A stretch of 64,000 bases of DNA from an uncultured Alphaproteobacteria bacterium (GCA_963752025.1 CAVVWY010000016.1:75579-139578), one strand, 5' to 3'. Numbered from the stretch's first letter, positions 20,813 through 29,696 are shown. Notes: generated by a model from the letters alone, not told the origin. Made by a program: numbers and translations.

Positions 20813-20992
20813 ATGCACAACGACCTCAATCGAACAGAACTCCTCGCTAGCGCGCTGGTGCAACTTCGCGCTGCCATCCAAATTCTCGACCGCGTGGCGG
20901 CGCCTGGACAGATCGCTGCGCACATCGATCTTGGCGCCTGCCAACTGGCAGAGCTGCTCGAGGCGCAGGCGGAGCCTGGTACCAGTCAATAA
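20813..20992 (+). CDS. Small helical hypothetical protein (paralog of 15219..15425)
   Basis: SALVQLRAAIQILD...AAHIDLGACQL. Confidence 0.6.
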   Translation: MHNDLNRTELLASALVQLRAAIQILDRVAAPGQIAAHIDLGACQLAELLEAQAEPGTSQ

Positions 20993-21210
20993 GGTTGACG
21001 CGCCTGGCGTGATGAAATTTGGCGAGATCGGACGCCTCTCGCGGCTTTGAGCGCTGCCACTTGAATGGCCCAACGGACGACCGTGAGCTGCGACCTCGCG
21101 GAGGGACGCTCGGCGCAGGCGCAAAACGATTTCTTCCGGCGTAACCCTGAGAGAAGCGAGGCTGGGTACTTTGCTCCGCCTTTGGAACATGGTCAGAAGC
21201 TACATGACGG

Positions 21211-21274
21211 AATGTCTGCTGTTCCACCCCAAGTTGACTCCAACCGGGCGTCAGCTTTGACTCAAAGCCGCCAT
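21211..21274 (-). repeat. Two stacked palindromic repeat copies (34-bp offset)
   Basis: AATGTCTGCTGTT-CCACCC-CAAGTTGAC and GCGTCAGCTT-TGACTC-AAAGCCGCCAT. Confidence 0.6.
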
Positions 21275-21483
21275 AAGCACATGCTCTCCGTGGATCCTTC
21301 ATGGATGCGCTCAGCGCCCGCGACGTGCCAATGTATGAGTCTTGAGCTTAAGGGCCTCTACAAAGGCAAGCATTGATGCGCGGGGGCTCATCCCGCGCGT
21401 CGCGCATGAAACGAACCCCGAACAAGCAAGCGCCGAGCCCGGGAAATGATGGAGCGCGGCGCTCGCCTGCTTCTGAGTTCAAA

Positions 21484-22170
21484 TTACGCCATTTGCTGAA
21501 TTACAGCCTTGCGCCGGCGGCGCATTGAGTAGCCGACCCCGCCGAAGCCGAGCAGCATCAGCGCCCATGTTGCCGGTTCGGGAACGTTCGACGGCTGGGC
21601 TAAATCATATGAGTTCTGTTTGAACTCGAACATCGTGGCTGGTGCCACGAGCGCATTGCCACCTGCCATCCTGAGCATGATGCCATCGAACGTCGCACCG
21701 TTGATCAGGTACTTGTCGTCTGACTTGTTGTCGGAGCTGAACGAGCAGGTCGCACATTGGCTTGTATAGCTGGAGAACAGGTTGGGGTCCAAACCGGAGC
21801 CTGTAAGCAAGTACAAGACATCCACGCTGCCGGCGCTGGTGGTTTGCAGCGCAAATTTCATCGCGGAGAAGTCGAGATCGGGATTGATGATCAGCATCGC
21901 CCAGTTGGGGCTCTTGCTGTTGGCGTCGTTGATCTGGGCAAAGCCGTTCTTGATGTCCATCGTCGTGATGGTGTCGGCGGTGTAGGTCACGTTCGGAATG
22001 TTAGTGTTATTCGGCGATGAGCCATAAACCGGATTGCCGGTGCTCTTTATGCCGAAAATCTGGCTCGCGAGTGGCGTGCCATTCGTGGTCGCAAGCGTGA
22101 CGACTGCTGCCGCCGGAGTGGCCGCTAACGCGGTCCCGCACGCGCAAAGCACGAGGATAGATTTGTTCAT
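21484..22170 (-). CDS. PEP-CTERM (PEPxxWA) surface protein
   Basis: Signal peptide; VPEPATWALMLLGFGGVGYSMRRRRK. Confidence 0.9.
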   Translation of the reverse strand: MNKSILVLCACGTALAATPAAAVVTLATTNGTPLASQIFGIKSTGNPVYGSSPNNTNIPNVTYTADTITTMDIKNGFAQINDANSKSPNWAMLIINPDLDFSAMKFALQTTSAGSVDVLYLLTGSGLDPNLFSSYTSQCATCSFSSDNKSDDKYLINGATFDGIMLRMAGGNALVAPATMFEFKQNSYDLAQPSNVPEPATWALMLLGFGGVGYSMRRRRKAVIQQMA

Positions 22171-22416
22171 GGGTTGCCCCTTTTGAATTCTTACGATGTC
22201 GGGTAGCGATTTTGCACTGCCGCATGAAAAGCGGGAATCGCTGTTAACGCCTCTAGTTAACCGTATGACCCGCCGGCCGGGCCCGGAATAGGTTCATATA
22301 CCGATGCTGCCTGAGAGGGTAATTCCAGCGCTGTTAACCGCAGCTTGCACTCAAGCCTGGCTTAATTCCAACGCATGGGCTGCACCTACTTAGCTAGTCT
22401 GAGGGCGAGGCGAGGC

Positions 22417-22512
22417 GTGGCAATCGGGTCGGAAAAAGACACGCAGCTAGAGGTCAGCGTTGGATCGAAACGGACACCTTGCGAGGCTCAGCTTTGGGCG
22501 GAAGCCGGACAC
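22417..22512 (+). repeat. Three stacked palindromic repeat copies, exact 35-bp period
   Basis: GACAC ends at 22438, 22473 and 22508; cores GGGTCG, GGATCG, GGGCGG. Confidence 0.7.
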
Positions 22513-22686
22513 TTCTCGTCATCCGTGTGGCCAAAAAGTGCCCGACGACTGTGGTTACTTCTGAAACTTCCAGACGGCAGATAAACGCCCCAGCCGCCGG
22601 GCCCGACATCGTTCCTGCTGGCGTTGGCGCCGAGCGCCTTGTTCGCATCCGTCGGTCGTGGCTCGGAAGCGGTGTCGCTAGCGGCG

Positions 22687-22899
22687 CTACTTCCCCAGCT
22701 TAAGGTGTGCATCAAATGAACCGCCCTGAAGCTGTGCTATCTGATTTTCAATGTGCGCCAGCTGCGTGAACATCGCTTCAAGTTCGTGTGCAGTCAAAGC
22801 AGGGGAGCTAGCCGTCACAGCAATGTTGCATTGCAAGCTGATTCGTTCGGCGTGCAAAGCATCAAGTTTCACGTGAGGCTGCGGTTGAGGATTATGCAT
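22687..22899 (-). CDS. Small coiled-coil hypothetical protein
   Basis: 70 aa; strong AGGAGG RBS upstream. Confidence 0.5.
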   Translation of the reverse strand: MHNPQPQPHVKLDALHAERISLQCNIAVTASSPALTAHELEAMFTQLAHIENQIAQLQGGSFDAHLKLGK

Positions 22900-23044
22900 C
22901 GTGGCCTCCTGTTCAGGCCAGTGCAGTTGAGCGTGGATGGCTTTGCGTGGGTACTCGGGAGACTACCGAGGCCTCGTTTCGGGAGAACCCCGGCGCCCGG
23001 TGTAGGAGAAGCTTTCCGGCGCAGACGTAACCTCGTCCTGCTGC

Positions 23045-23123
23045 GACGTCAGCTGAAGACCACCCTTTTTGCGGTGTGCTGCCTCGCTTCGCGTGGTGTC
23101 GAGCTTCCACCCATTGCGGACAT
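23045..23123 (-). repeat. Two palindromic repeat copies, including the best preserved one (23096..23123)
   Basis: GTGTCGAGCTT-CCACCC-ATTGCGGACAT; GACGTCAGCTGAAGA-CCACCC-TTTTTGCGGTGT. Confidence 0.7.
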
Positions 23124-23172
23124 CACGCCGACGCTTCAATGCGGGCATGCAACGATAGCAGAGGGTAAAGCC

Positions 23173-23689
23173 ATGAGCTTCGGTATGTGGGACGCGTCGG
23201 TTCCAGTGTTCGTCAATTCGCTCACGAACATGCTCGGATGGCTCGACAAGGCAGCGCAGGAGAAGGACGAGGCGAGACTTCATGGACGCGCGACTGGCGC
23301 CGGACATGAGGCCGCTGCCAGCTCAATACCAGATGGCTTCGGACTCCGCGAAGAATGCTATTGCGCGCCTCACCGGCACTGAGGCCCCGTCAATGGCTGA
23401 CACCGAGACGACCTTCGCCGAACTCAAAGAGCGCTGCACTCGCACGATCGAGTATATAAGGGGCTTTGATGCTGCCGCGCTGAAAGGGAGCGAAGATCGG
23501 GAAGTCATTATCAAGTTCCCCAATGGCATGGGCTATCATTTCCGTGGCGGTGAGTATCTGACTGGCTTCGCGCTTCCGAATTTCCTTTTCCACGCGACGA
23601 CCGCGTATGCGATCCTCCGCAATGCAGGCGTATCGCTCGGCAAGCCCGATTTCCTACAGCACCTGGGTCCGCCGAACCTCGGCACCTGA
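23173..23689 (+). CDS. DUF1993 family protein, one frameshift near 23280
   Basis: MSFGMWDASVPVF...ARLAPDMRPL..Q..ASD.AK...LPNFLFHATTAYAILR..GV.LGK.DF. Confidence 0.85.
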
Positions 23690-23718
23690 CACGTCCACTT
23701 ACTAACCAGCCATCAGCA

Positions 23719-23795
23719 GCGTCTGCTTTCGACCCATCGCAGATAGGCGTAGCGTCCTCTTTCGCCAGAATGCGCTACTTGGTCGAAACGGAGCT
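23719..23795. repeat. Palindromic repeat copies after DUF1993
   Basis: GCGTCTGCTTT-CGACCC-ATCGCAGATAG; a partial copy 33 bp later; a decayed opposite-orientation copy GCTACT-TGGTCG-AAACGGAG. Confidence 0.65.
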
Positions 23796-23880
23796 TTGGG
23801 CTTGATCAAGCGCCGCCTTGGCTCGCCACGCCGCTTGAGGCACAGTCCATTTGCCGAATCGTCCGCAATGGAGCGGGCCT

Positions 23881-24072
23881 GTGTGTGCGTACAAAGACAG
23901 TTTTCTCGTTGAAGATGCGAGCGGCGCTCGCTTCAACATGCACCGTTTTCTTTGTTGGCGCTTCCTTTTGCGCTTTTCTCGCTACCAGCTCGACACAGGT
24001 GAGCAGGCCGAGCGCGTAGACGACCGGATCTTCGCGATTGTCGGGACCGGAGAGCGCCTCGTGCGTGTCTAA
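23881..24072 (+). CDS. Small hypothetical protein
   Basis: GGAG RBS and GTG start; ...YQLDTGEQAERVDDRIFAIVGTGERLVRV*. Confidence 0.55.
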   Translation: MCAYKDSFLVEDASGARFNMHRFLCWRFLLRFSRYQLDTGEQAERVDDRIFAIVGTGERLVRV

Positions 24073-24098
24073 TGTCTGCTCCCGGTCGAAGCGGACAC
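24071..24098 (+). repeat. Palindromic repeat copy overlapping the stop codon of the preceding ORF
   Basis: (T)AATGTCTGCTCC-CGGTCG-AAGCGGACAC. Confidence 0.65.
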
Positions 24099-24296
24099 AT
24101 CATTGTTGTAGGAAGGGACATGGCAATCCTGGGCGATGGGCCGATCGCCGTGTAAGGGAGCCGCAATCCACATCTCGATATTCTGCAACGTTTCATGCGC
24201 GAATGCCTGCGCAAGCACCGGTTCGCAAATTCGCTTCCACCTGCGCGAGAGGCTGCGCGCCATCCCAAGCGAATTGGTTTCAATGCAGGTGACGTA

Positions 24297-24359
24297 GTGG
24301 CGGCAAAGGTCGAGACCTGCCGTTCGGTAAAGTCCCCTTTGGGTGGAAAATCGGAGATT
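24297..24359 (+). repeat. Two stacked palindromic repeat copies (~34-bp offset)
   Basis: GTGGCGGCAA-AGGTCG-AGACCTGCCGTT and AAGTCCCCTTT-GGGTGG-AAAATCGGAGAT. Confidence 0.6.
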
Positions 24360-24542
24360 AGGCGATCGATTGACCGTAACGGTTTTGGCCGTTCTGCAAG
24401 CAAATATCATGGCAGCAACAACCAGCCGTATAATCAATTTAGGTTACAAGTTGTTAATATTAATGTTAAGTAAGTCGCGAGAGTCGACCACGATTCCCCC
24501 GTCAGCGTAGCCAAATTCACCCATCAAACGGGGGAGGTTACT

Positions 24543-25910
24543 ATGCGAGCCAAATGGCTTACCGCCGCTGCTTCTTTCAGTGCGACCGTCACCGTCTCCA
24601 GCTTCGCAGGTGCCCAGTACCAAGTTACCGACGACCCGGTTCTCTATTGGAACCAGCTCATGACTAGCGGCACCACGGCACTTGTAGGTCCTCCGCCAGT
24701 CGTTGCGCGATCGGCGGCTATGATGAACCTCGCAGTCTATGACGCGGTCAATTCCTCGCTCGGCAATCCGAACGCCTATTACCTTCCGATTTCGACTACC
24801 GGCGGCGACGTCCGCGCGGCCGCATCTCAGGCGGCTCACGATGTGCTGATTTACTTAAATCCGGGAAAGACGGCCGACTACGACGCAGCTCTTGTAGCGA
24901 GCCTGGCTCTGATTCCCGATGCCACGGCGCGGGACGCCGGCGTCGCTACGGGTACCGCTTACGCGGGGGCGATCATATCGGCCCGCTCAGGAGACGGCGC
25001 AGCGACTGCGGGTTCAACGCCATATACGCCAGGCAGCGACCCTGGCGACTGGGTGCCCACACCTCCCGGCAACTTGCCTGCGGCTCTTCCGGGTTGGGGC
25101 GACGTCACGGCATTCTTTCCGAACTCAGCACAGACTTCCGTCGGACCACCGCCGGCGCTCGACAGCGTCGAATATGCGAACGCCTACAATGAGGTGATGG
25201 CTATCGGCGCCGCCGGAAGTCTGACGCGCACTGCCGATCAGACTGAAGCGGCTCAGTTTTGGGCTGCGGCGGGTGGCGCGAGCTGGATTACGATAGGGCT
25301 CGGCCTAGCCTCGGACGAAGGAATGTCGACATTGGAGAGTGCGCGGTTATTTGCGCTTCTCGGCGCCGGAATCAGCGACGCCTTTGTTACAGTCTTCGGC
25401 GATAAATATGAATACAACCTCTGGCGTCCAGTTACAGCGATCCACGAGGGAGATAATGACGGCAACCTACTGACCGTCGGCGATCCAAGCTGGACCTCCC
25501 TAATCGTCGCGCCGAACCATCCTTCCTACTACTCCGCTCACGGGGTAGCCGATGGCACCGCCGGAGCCATTCTTTTGGGATTGATCGGCGATGAGAGTTT
25601 TTGCGCCACCTTCGGCGGAATCCAACGCTGCTGGAACAGCATCGGCGATGCGTCCCAGGAGGGCGCAGACAGTCGTATCTGGGGCGGCATCCATTTCCCC
25701 TTCGACGGCGCCACGGGACTGCAGGAAGGACACGAAATCGGCCTGTTCGCCTTGACGCAGCTGCAGCCAGTTCCGGAGCCTAGCACCTGGCTGACCATGC
25801 TGGTGGGTTTCGGCTTTATTGGATGGACCTTCAAACGTCGGAGGGCTCCGGCTCGCTACAAGCCCAATCTTATGCTCATTCGGCGACCAAAAACTCGACC
25901 TGCTTCGTAA
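24543..25910 (+). CDS. Vanadium-dependent haloperoxidase/PAP2-like protein with PEP-CTERM anchor
   Basis: KYEYNLWRP, PNHPSYYSAH, SRIWGGIHFPFD; VPEPSTWLTMLVGFGFIGWTFKRRR. Confidence 0.85.
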   Translation: MRAKWLTAAASFSATVTVSSFAGAQYQVTDDPVLYWNQLMTSGTTALVGPPPVVARSAAMMNLAVYDAVNSSLGNPNAYYLPISTTGGDVRAAASQAAHDVLIYLNPGKTADYDAALVASLALIPDATARDAGVATGTAYAGAIISARSGDGAATAGSTPYTPGSDPGDWVPTPPGNLPAALPGWGDVTAFFPNSAQTSVGPPPALDSVEYANAYNEVMAIGAAGSLTRTADQTEAAQFWAAAGGASWITIGLGLASDEGMSTLESARLFALLGAGISDAFVTVFGDKYEYNLWRPVTAIHEGDNDGNLLTVGDPSWTSLIVAPNHPSYYSAHGVADGTAGAILLGLIGDESFCATFGGIQRCWNSIGDASQEGADSRIWGGIHFPFDGATGLQEGHEIGLFALTQLQPVPEPSTWLTMLVGFGFIGWTFKRRRAPARYKPNLMLIRRPKTRPAS

Positions 25911-25981
25911 ACAACTCCAGCGCTTGCGGCGGTCGCGGATCCGTCCGGACCAACGGTCACGTTAGCAGATCGGTGAAAAAG

Positions 25982-26057
<76 letters not shown>

Positions 26058-26152
26058 ACTGCCCTGAGGCGGATGCTCCGGCGGTATTCGCTCTGGAGCG
26101 GCGCGCCGGTAGCATGCGCGTAAGTGGTGTGCAACCGCCGTCTTTCAACCGG

Positions 26153-27265
26153 CTACGCGAGTCTCGACACTGTCCTCTGCTGGCGTTCGAGTGCCATTAG
26201 CAGACCGAGGCATAGCATCACGGTCATGACCGCCGATCCCCCGAAGCTGACGAGGGGCAGGGGAACGCCCACGACGGGCGCCAGTCCCATCACCATCATG
26301 AGGTTGATGGAGACGTAGAAGAAGATGGTTGCCGACAGACCGGCCGCGGCCAGCTGACCGAAACGAGTGCGCGCATTCTGGCTGACCCGCATCCCCCACC
26401 GGATCACCGCGGCAAACGCACAGATTAGGAGCACTCCGCCCACCAAGCCCCATTCCTCCGACATCGTCGCGAAGACAAAATCGGTGTGCCCTTCAGGTAG
26501 ATAGTCGAGGTGGCTTTGGCTGCCGTGAAGGAAACCCTTGCCCCAAATGCCCCCGGATCCGATCGCAATCTTCGACTGGGCGATGTGATAGCCCGCGCCG
26601 AGCGGGTCACTCTCTGGATCGAGGAATACGTCGATGCGCTTGCGCTGGTAGCCGTGCATCATCGAGTAAACGATCGGGGCGGCGACCGCGACAGCCGCCG
26701 CCGGAGCGGCAAATAGCCACCACGGAAGGCCCGCGAGGAACATCACCGTTATGCCGCAGAGCATCACCATGATGCAGGTGCCGAGGTCCGGCTGAACCAG
26801 GATCAGGACTGCGGGGACGCCAAGCAGCAGCATCGCGGGCCAGATCGCGCGCCACTTACGGATCTCTGCTGCCGGCACCAGTTCGTAGAAGCGGGCGAGT
26901 GTCAGCACGATGGCGGGTTTCATGAACTCGGATGGCTGGAGCCGGATAGGACCGAGGTCGAGCCACCGCTGAGCACCCTTGCTGACGAAGCCTAACGCCT
27001 CGACCGCGATCAACATGATCAATGTCACAGCATAAAGCGGAAACGCGATCGACTTGATCGTAGATTCGCTCATCCAGGACATCCCGACGGCGATGCACAG
27101 GAAGCCGCCAAAGACGACCGCCTGCTTCAGCGCCCACGGCTGGATGGACCCTCCAGCTGCCGAATAGAGGACGATAAGGCCGAACGCCGCTATTGCAGTG
27201 ATCAGGAAAATCAGACGCCACGGAAGCCGAGCAAGCGGTTTCGGTATGATCGCCGACGTAATCAT
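26153..27265 (-). CDS. rodA: Rod shape-determining protein RodA
   Basis: GAQRWLDLG..LQPSEFMK, QPDLGT, LPEGHTDFVF, PLPLVSFGGS; likely start MITSAII. Confidence 0.95.
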   Translation of the reverse strand: MITSAIIPKPLARLPWRLIFLITAIAAFGLIVLYSAAGGSIQPWALKQAVVFGGFLCIAVGMSWMSESTIKSIAFPLYAVTLIMLIAVEALGFVSKGAQRWLDLGPIRLQPSEFMKPAIVLTLARFYELVPAAEIRKWRAIWPAMLLLGVPAVLILVQPDLGTCIMVMLCGITVMFLAGLPWWLFAAPAAAVAVAAPIVYSMMHGYQRKRIDVFLDPESDPLGAGYHIAQSKIAIGSGGIWGKGFLHGSQSHLDYLPEGHTDFVFATMSEEWGLVGGVLLICAFAAVIRWGMRVSQNARTRFGQLAAAGLSATIFFYVSINLMMVMGLAPVVGVPLPLVSFGGSAVMTVMLCLGLLMALERQQRTVSRLA

Positions 27266-29178
27266 GATTGCGTCGGGTTTAGCGGCGGCAGCCCATTTGC
27301 CGCGCGCCACGCGGCAGTCCGGCGCTTCGTCCGCTCCTCCAGAGTGCCGCCGATACTCTGCTCGAAGATGTTCAAGGCGGCGACCGCCTTCTGCTTGTCG
27401 TAAAGGTACAGGAGCGTGTCGCGAACCAGCGGTGCAGCGACGGCAGCGCCGAAGCCACCATGCTCGACGATCGTCGCGGCCGCGTAGCGTGGATTGTCGA
27501 ACGGCACGAAGCCCATGAACAGCGAGTGATCGCGCAACTTCCACGTCGCGCTCGTGTAATTGCCACCGCGTTCGCTGGCGGCCAAATTGTGCGTCTGCGC
27601 GGTACCCGTCTTTCCCGCCATCTGAATGCCGTCGAGCGGCAGCTTTGCCGCCGCGGCGGTCCCGTGATCGACCACGCCCCACATTGCTTTGCGAATGAAG
27701 TTCAAGTGATCTTCGTCAACGGCAAGCTGGGTCTGCGGCACTATTGGTTTGCTGGTGAGCAGGCGCGGAACGACCCGTTTTCCAGTTGCAAGGCGGCTCG
27801 CCATCACCGCCAGTTGCAGCGGATTAATGAGGACCATGCCCTGGCCGATTGACATGTTGACCGTGTCGTAACCCTGCCACTTCCGATGATATTTGCGCAT
27901 CATCCAGTCAGGGTCCGGGATGGTTCCGTAGCGCTGATTGTCGAACGGCAGGTCGAATTTCTCGCCGAAGCCCATCGAGCGGATCATGGGCGACAGCTTG
28001 TCCGCCCCGACCCGGAGGCACATGCTGTAGAAATAGACGTCGCAGCTATGGACGACGGCCGCGTCCATATCGACCGGTCCGTGGTGCTTGTCGCAGTGGA
28101 AAGTGTGGTTTCCGAGTTGAAAGGCCCCGGTACAGTTCACCTTTTGGCTACGGTCGATCCCGGCATTGAGCAAGGCCATCGCCATCGACGGCTTGATCGT
28201 TGAGCCCGACGGGTAGAGGCTTTCGAGCGCCTTATCGACCAGCGGCAGATGGTCGTCCCCGGACAGCATCTTCCACTCGTTCCCGCTGATCCCGTCCGAG
28301 AAATTATTGGGATTGAAGGAAGGCATCGATGGCATCGCCAGGATATCGCCGTTGGTCACGTCAATCACCACGACCGCCGCCGACTGGTCGCCGATGCGCC
28401 GAGCCGCAAATTCGTGCAGGTCGGCGTCGATCGTCAACTGAACGGTGCCGCCGCTCCGGTCGGGCTTGGGATCGAGTTCTTTTACAAGCTTGCCACGCGC
28501 CGTGACTTCGACCCGCTGCCCGCCGGGCTCTCCGCGCAGTGTGCTTTCCAGCGTTTGCTCAAGGCCTTCCTTGCCAATCTTCACGCCTGGGATCAGCAGA
28601 AGCGGGTTCTTGTTTTCCTTCTCATACTCGGCAGCCGACGCGGCGCCGACGTAGCCGACGAGCTGGCCGACGGTCGTCCCTCCCGGGTAAAACCGCGTGA
28701 AGCCGCGCGATGCGGAGACGCCCGGAAGTTCCGGCAGGCGCACGGTAACGGCGGCATATTGCTCGTAAGGAATGCTGTCCGCCACCGATACGGGCCGAAA
28801 TCCGCGCGACGTCGCAAGCTCGCGATTAATCCGCTCGATTTCGTCTGGCGGCAACTGGAGCAGCTTCGCCAGCGGACCGACCACGTCGAGGCCTTTCACA
28901 AGCTGCTGCGGTATGATGTCGACGCGAAAGCTCGCCTTGTTGATCGCGATGGGCTTGCCCTTGCGGTCGATGATCCACCCGCGTCGTGGAGGCACGGGAA
29001 TGAGCTGGACCCGATTGCTCTCCGAAAGCAGCTGATACTTCTCGTTCTGCGCGATCGCGAGCCAGCCCATGCGGCCTATCAGCATCGCGCCAACCCCCGC
29101 CTGCGCCGTACTAAGGAGCATCATCCTTCGCGAAAAGGTGATCGACTGATGTGCGTTGGTGAAGCGCACGTGCTTCAT
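27262..29178 (-). CDS. mrdA: Penicillin-binding protein 2
   Basis: STIK, SCD and KTGT motifs; operon context. Confidence 0.95.
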   Translation of the reverse strand: MKHVRFTNAHQSITFSRRMMLLSTAQAGVGAMLIGRMGWLAIAQNEKYQLLSESNRVQLIPVPPRRGWIIDRKGKPIAINKASFRVDIIPQQLVKGLDVVGPLAKLLQLPPDEIERINRELATSRGFRPVSVADSIPYEQYAAVTVRLPELPGVSASRGFTRFYPGGTTVGQLVGYVGAASAAEYEKENKNPLLLIPGVKIGKEGLEQTLESTLRGEPGGQRVEVTARGKLVKELDPKPDRSGGTVQLTIDADLHEFAARRIGDQSAAVVVIDVTNGDILAMPSMPSFNPNNFSDGISGNEWKMLSGDDHLPLVDKALESLYPSGSTIKPSMAMALLNAGIDRSQKVNCTGAFQLGNHTFHCDKHHGPVDMDAAVVHSCDVYFYSMCLRVGADKLSPMIRSMGFGEKFDLPFDNQRYGTIPDPDWMMRKYHRKWQGYDTVNMSIGQGMVLINPLQLAVMASRLATGKRVVPRLLTSKPIVPQTQLAVDEDHLNFIRKAMWGVVDHGTAAAAKLPLDGIQMAGKTGTAQTHNLAASERGGNYTSATWKLRDHSLFMGFVPFDNPRYAAATIVEHGGFGAAVAAPLVRDTLLYLYDKQKAVAALNIFEQSIGGTLEERTKRRTAAWRAANGLPPLNPTQS

Positions 29179-29696
29179 CGCCTCAGCCTCCACGCATCCA
29201 TCCGTGCGACGATCCAGGCGCTAGGCGGAAAGATGCAGACCGAAATGGCGATGGGCGGAAGCATGCGCGTCCTCGGAAGGTCGGCGCCCATCGTCCGGGC
29301 GAGCTGCCACTGCAGCCATTGGTCGATCGCAAGCAACACTGCGGCAAGCACCCACTCGATCCAGTAATCGCGCCACATGGTGCGCCGATCGATGAGATCG
29401 AGCAGCAACATGGTCGCGCTCCACAAAGCTACTGAAAAACCTATGGGAAGGCCGGTGAACAGGTCGTTGATGAGACCGAGCGGGGCCGCCCACCAGGCCG
29501 GCCACGGGTCGGCGCGAAGCAGGCGCCAGCTGATCAACACGACGAAGCCGAAATCGGGATACCAGCCGCTCATGGAGATGATCGGCAGGGCAGCTAGCAG
29601 CGAGCCGACCACGACCGTCGCCGCCGGCACGTACGGCGCGTAGGGCGCCGGCTCGCGTCCGATCCTTGTTCTGCCCGACAGAGCAGCGCGGACCAT
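29175..29696 (-). CDS. mreD: Rod shape-determining protein MreD
   Basis: Hydrophobic membrane protein between mreC and mrdA. Confidence 0.88.
   Translation of the reverse strand: MVRAALSGRTRIGREPAPYAPYVPAATVVVGSLLAALPIISMSGWYPDFGFVVLISWRLLRADPWPAWWAAPLGLINDLFTGLPIGFSVALWSATMLLLDLIDRRTMWRDYWIEWVLAAVLLAIDQWLQWQLARTMGADLPRTRMLPPIAISVCIFPPSAWIVARMDAWRLRR

Larger units (their letters stand above)
8060..25981. mobile_element. Accessory/island-like region abutting the tRNA-Lys 3' end; no integrase seen, left boundary approximate
   Basis: Long intergenic gaps, singleton genes, gene remnants and dispersed palindromic repeats; core operons resume right after the tRNA. Confidence 0.45.

Noticed and set aside
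22170-22240. Sigma54 promoter for the PEP-CTERM gene
   Set aside because: GG and GC dinucleotides are not at the -24/-12 spacing.
22243-22262. Full CtrA box
   Set aside because: The spacer between TTAA half-sites is 9 bp, not 7.
22417-22512. CRISPR array
   Set aside because: Units are diverged and separated by only 5-7 bp; no ~30-bp unique spacers and no cas genes.
23096-23123. Classical integron attC or XerC/D dif site
   Set aside because: No RYYYAAC...GTTRRRY ends, too short for attC, and no XerD arm (TTATGTTAAAT); only the 11-6-11 geometry is shared.
25920-25981. Prophage or ICE integrase next to tRNA-Lys
   Set aside because: No tyrosine or serine recombinase ORF and no phage genes in the window.
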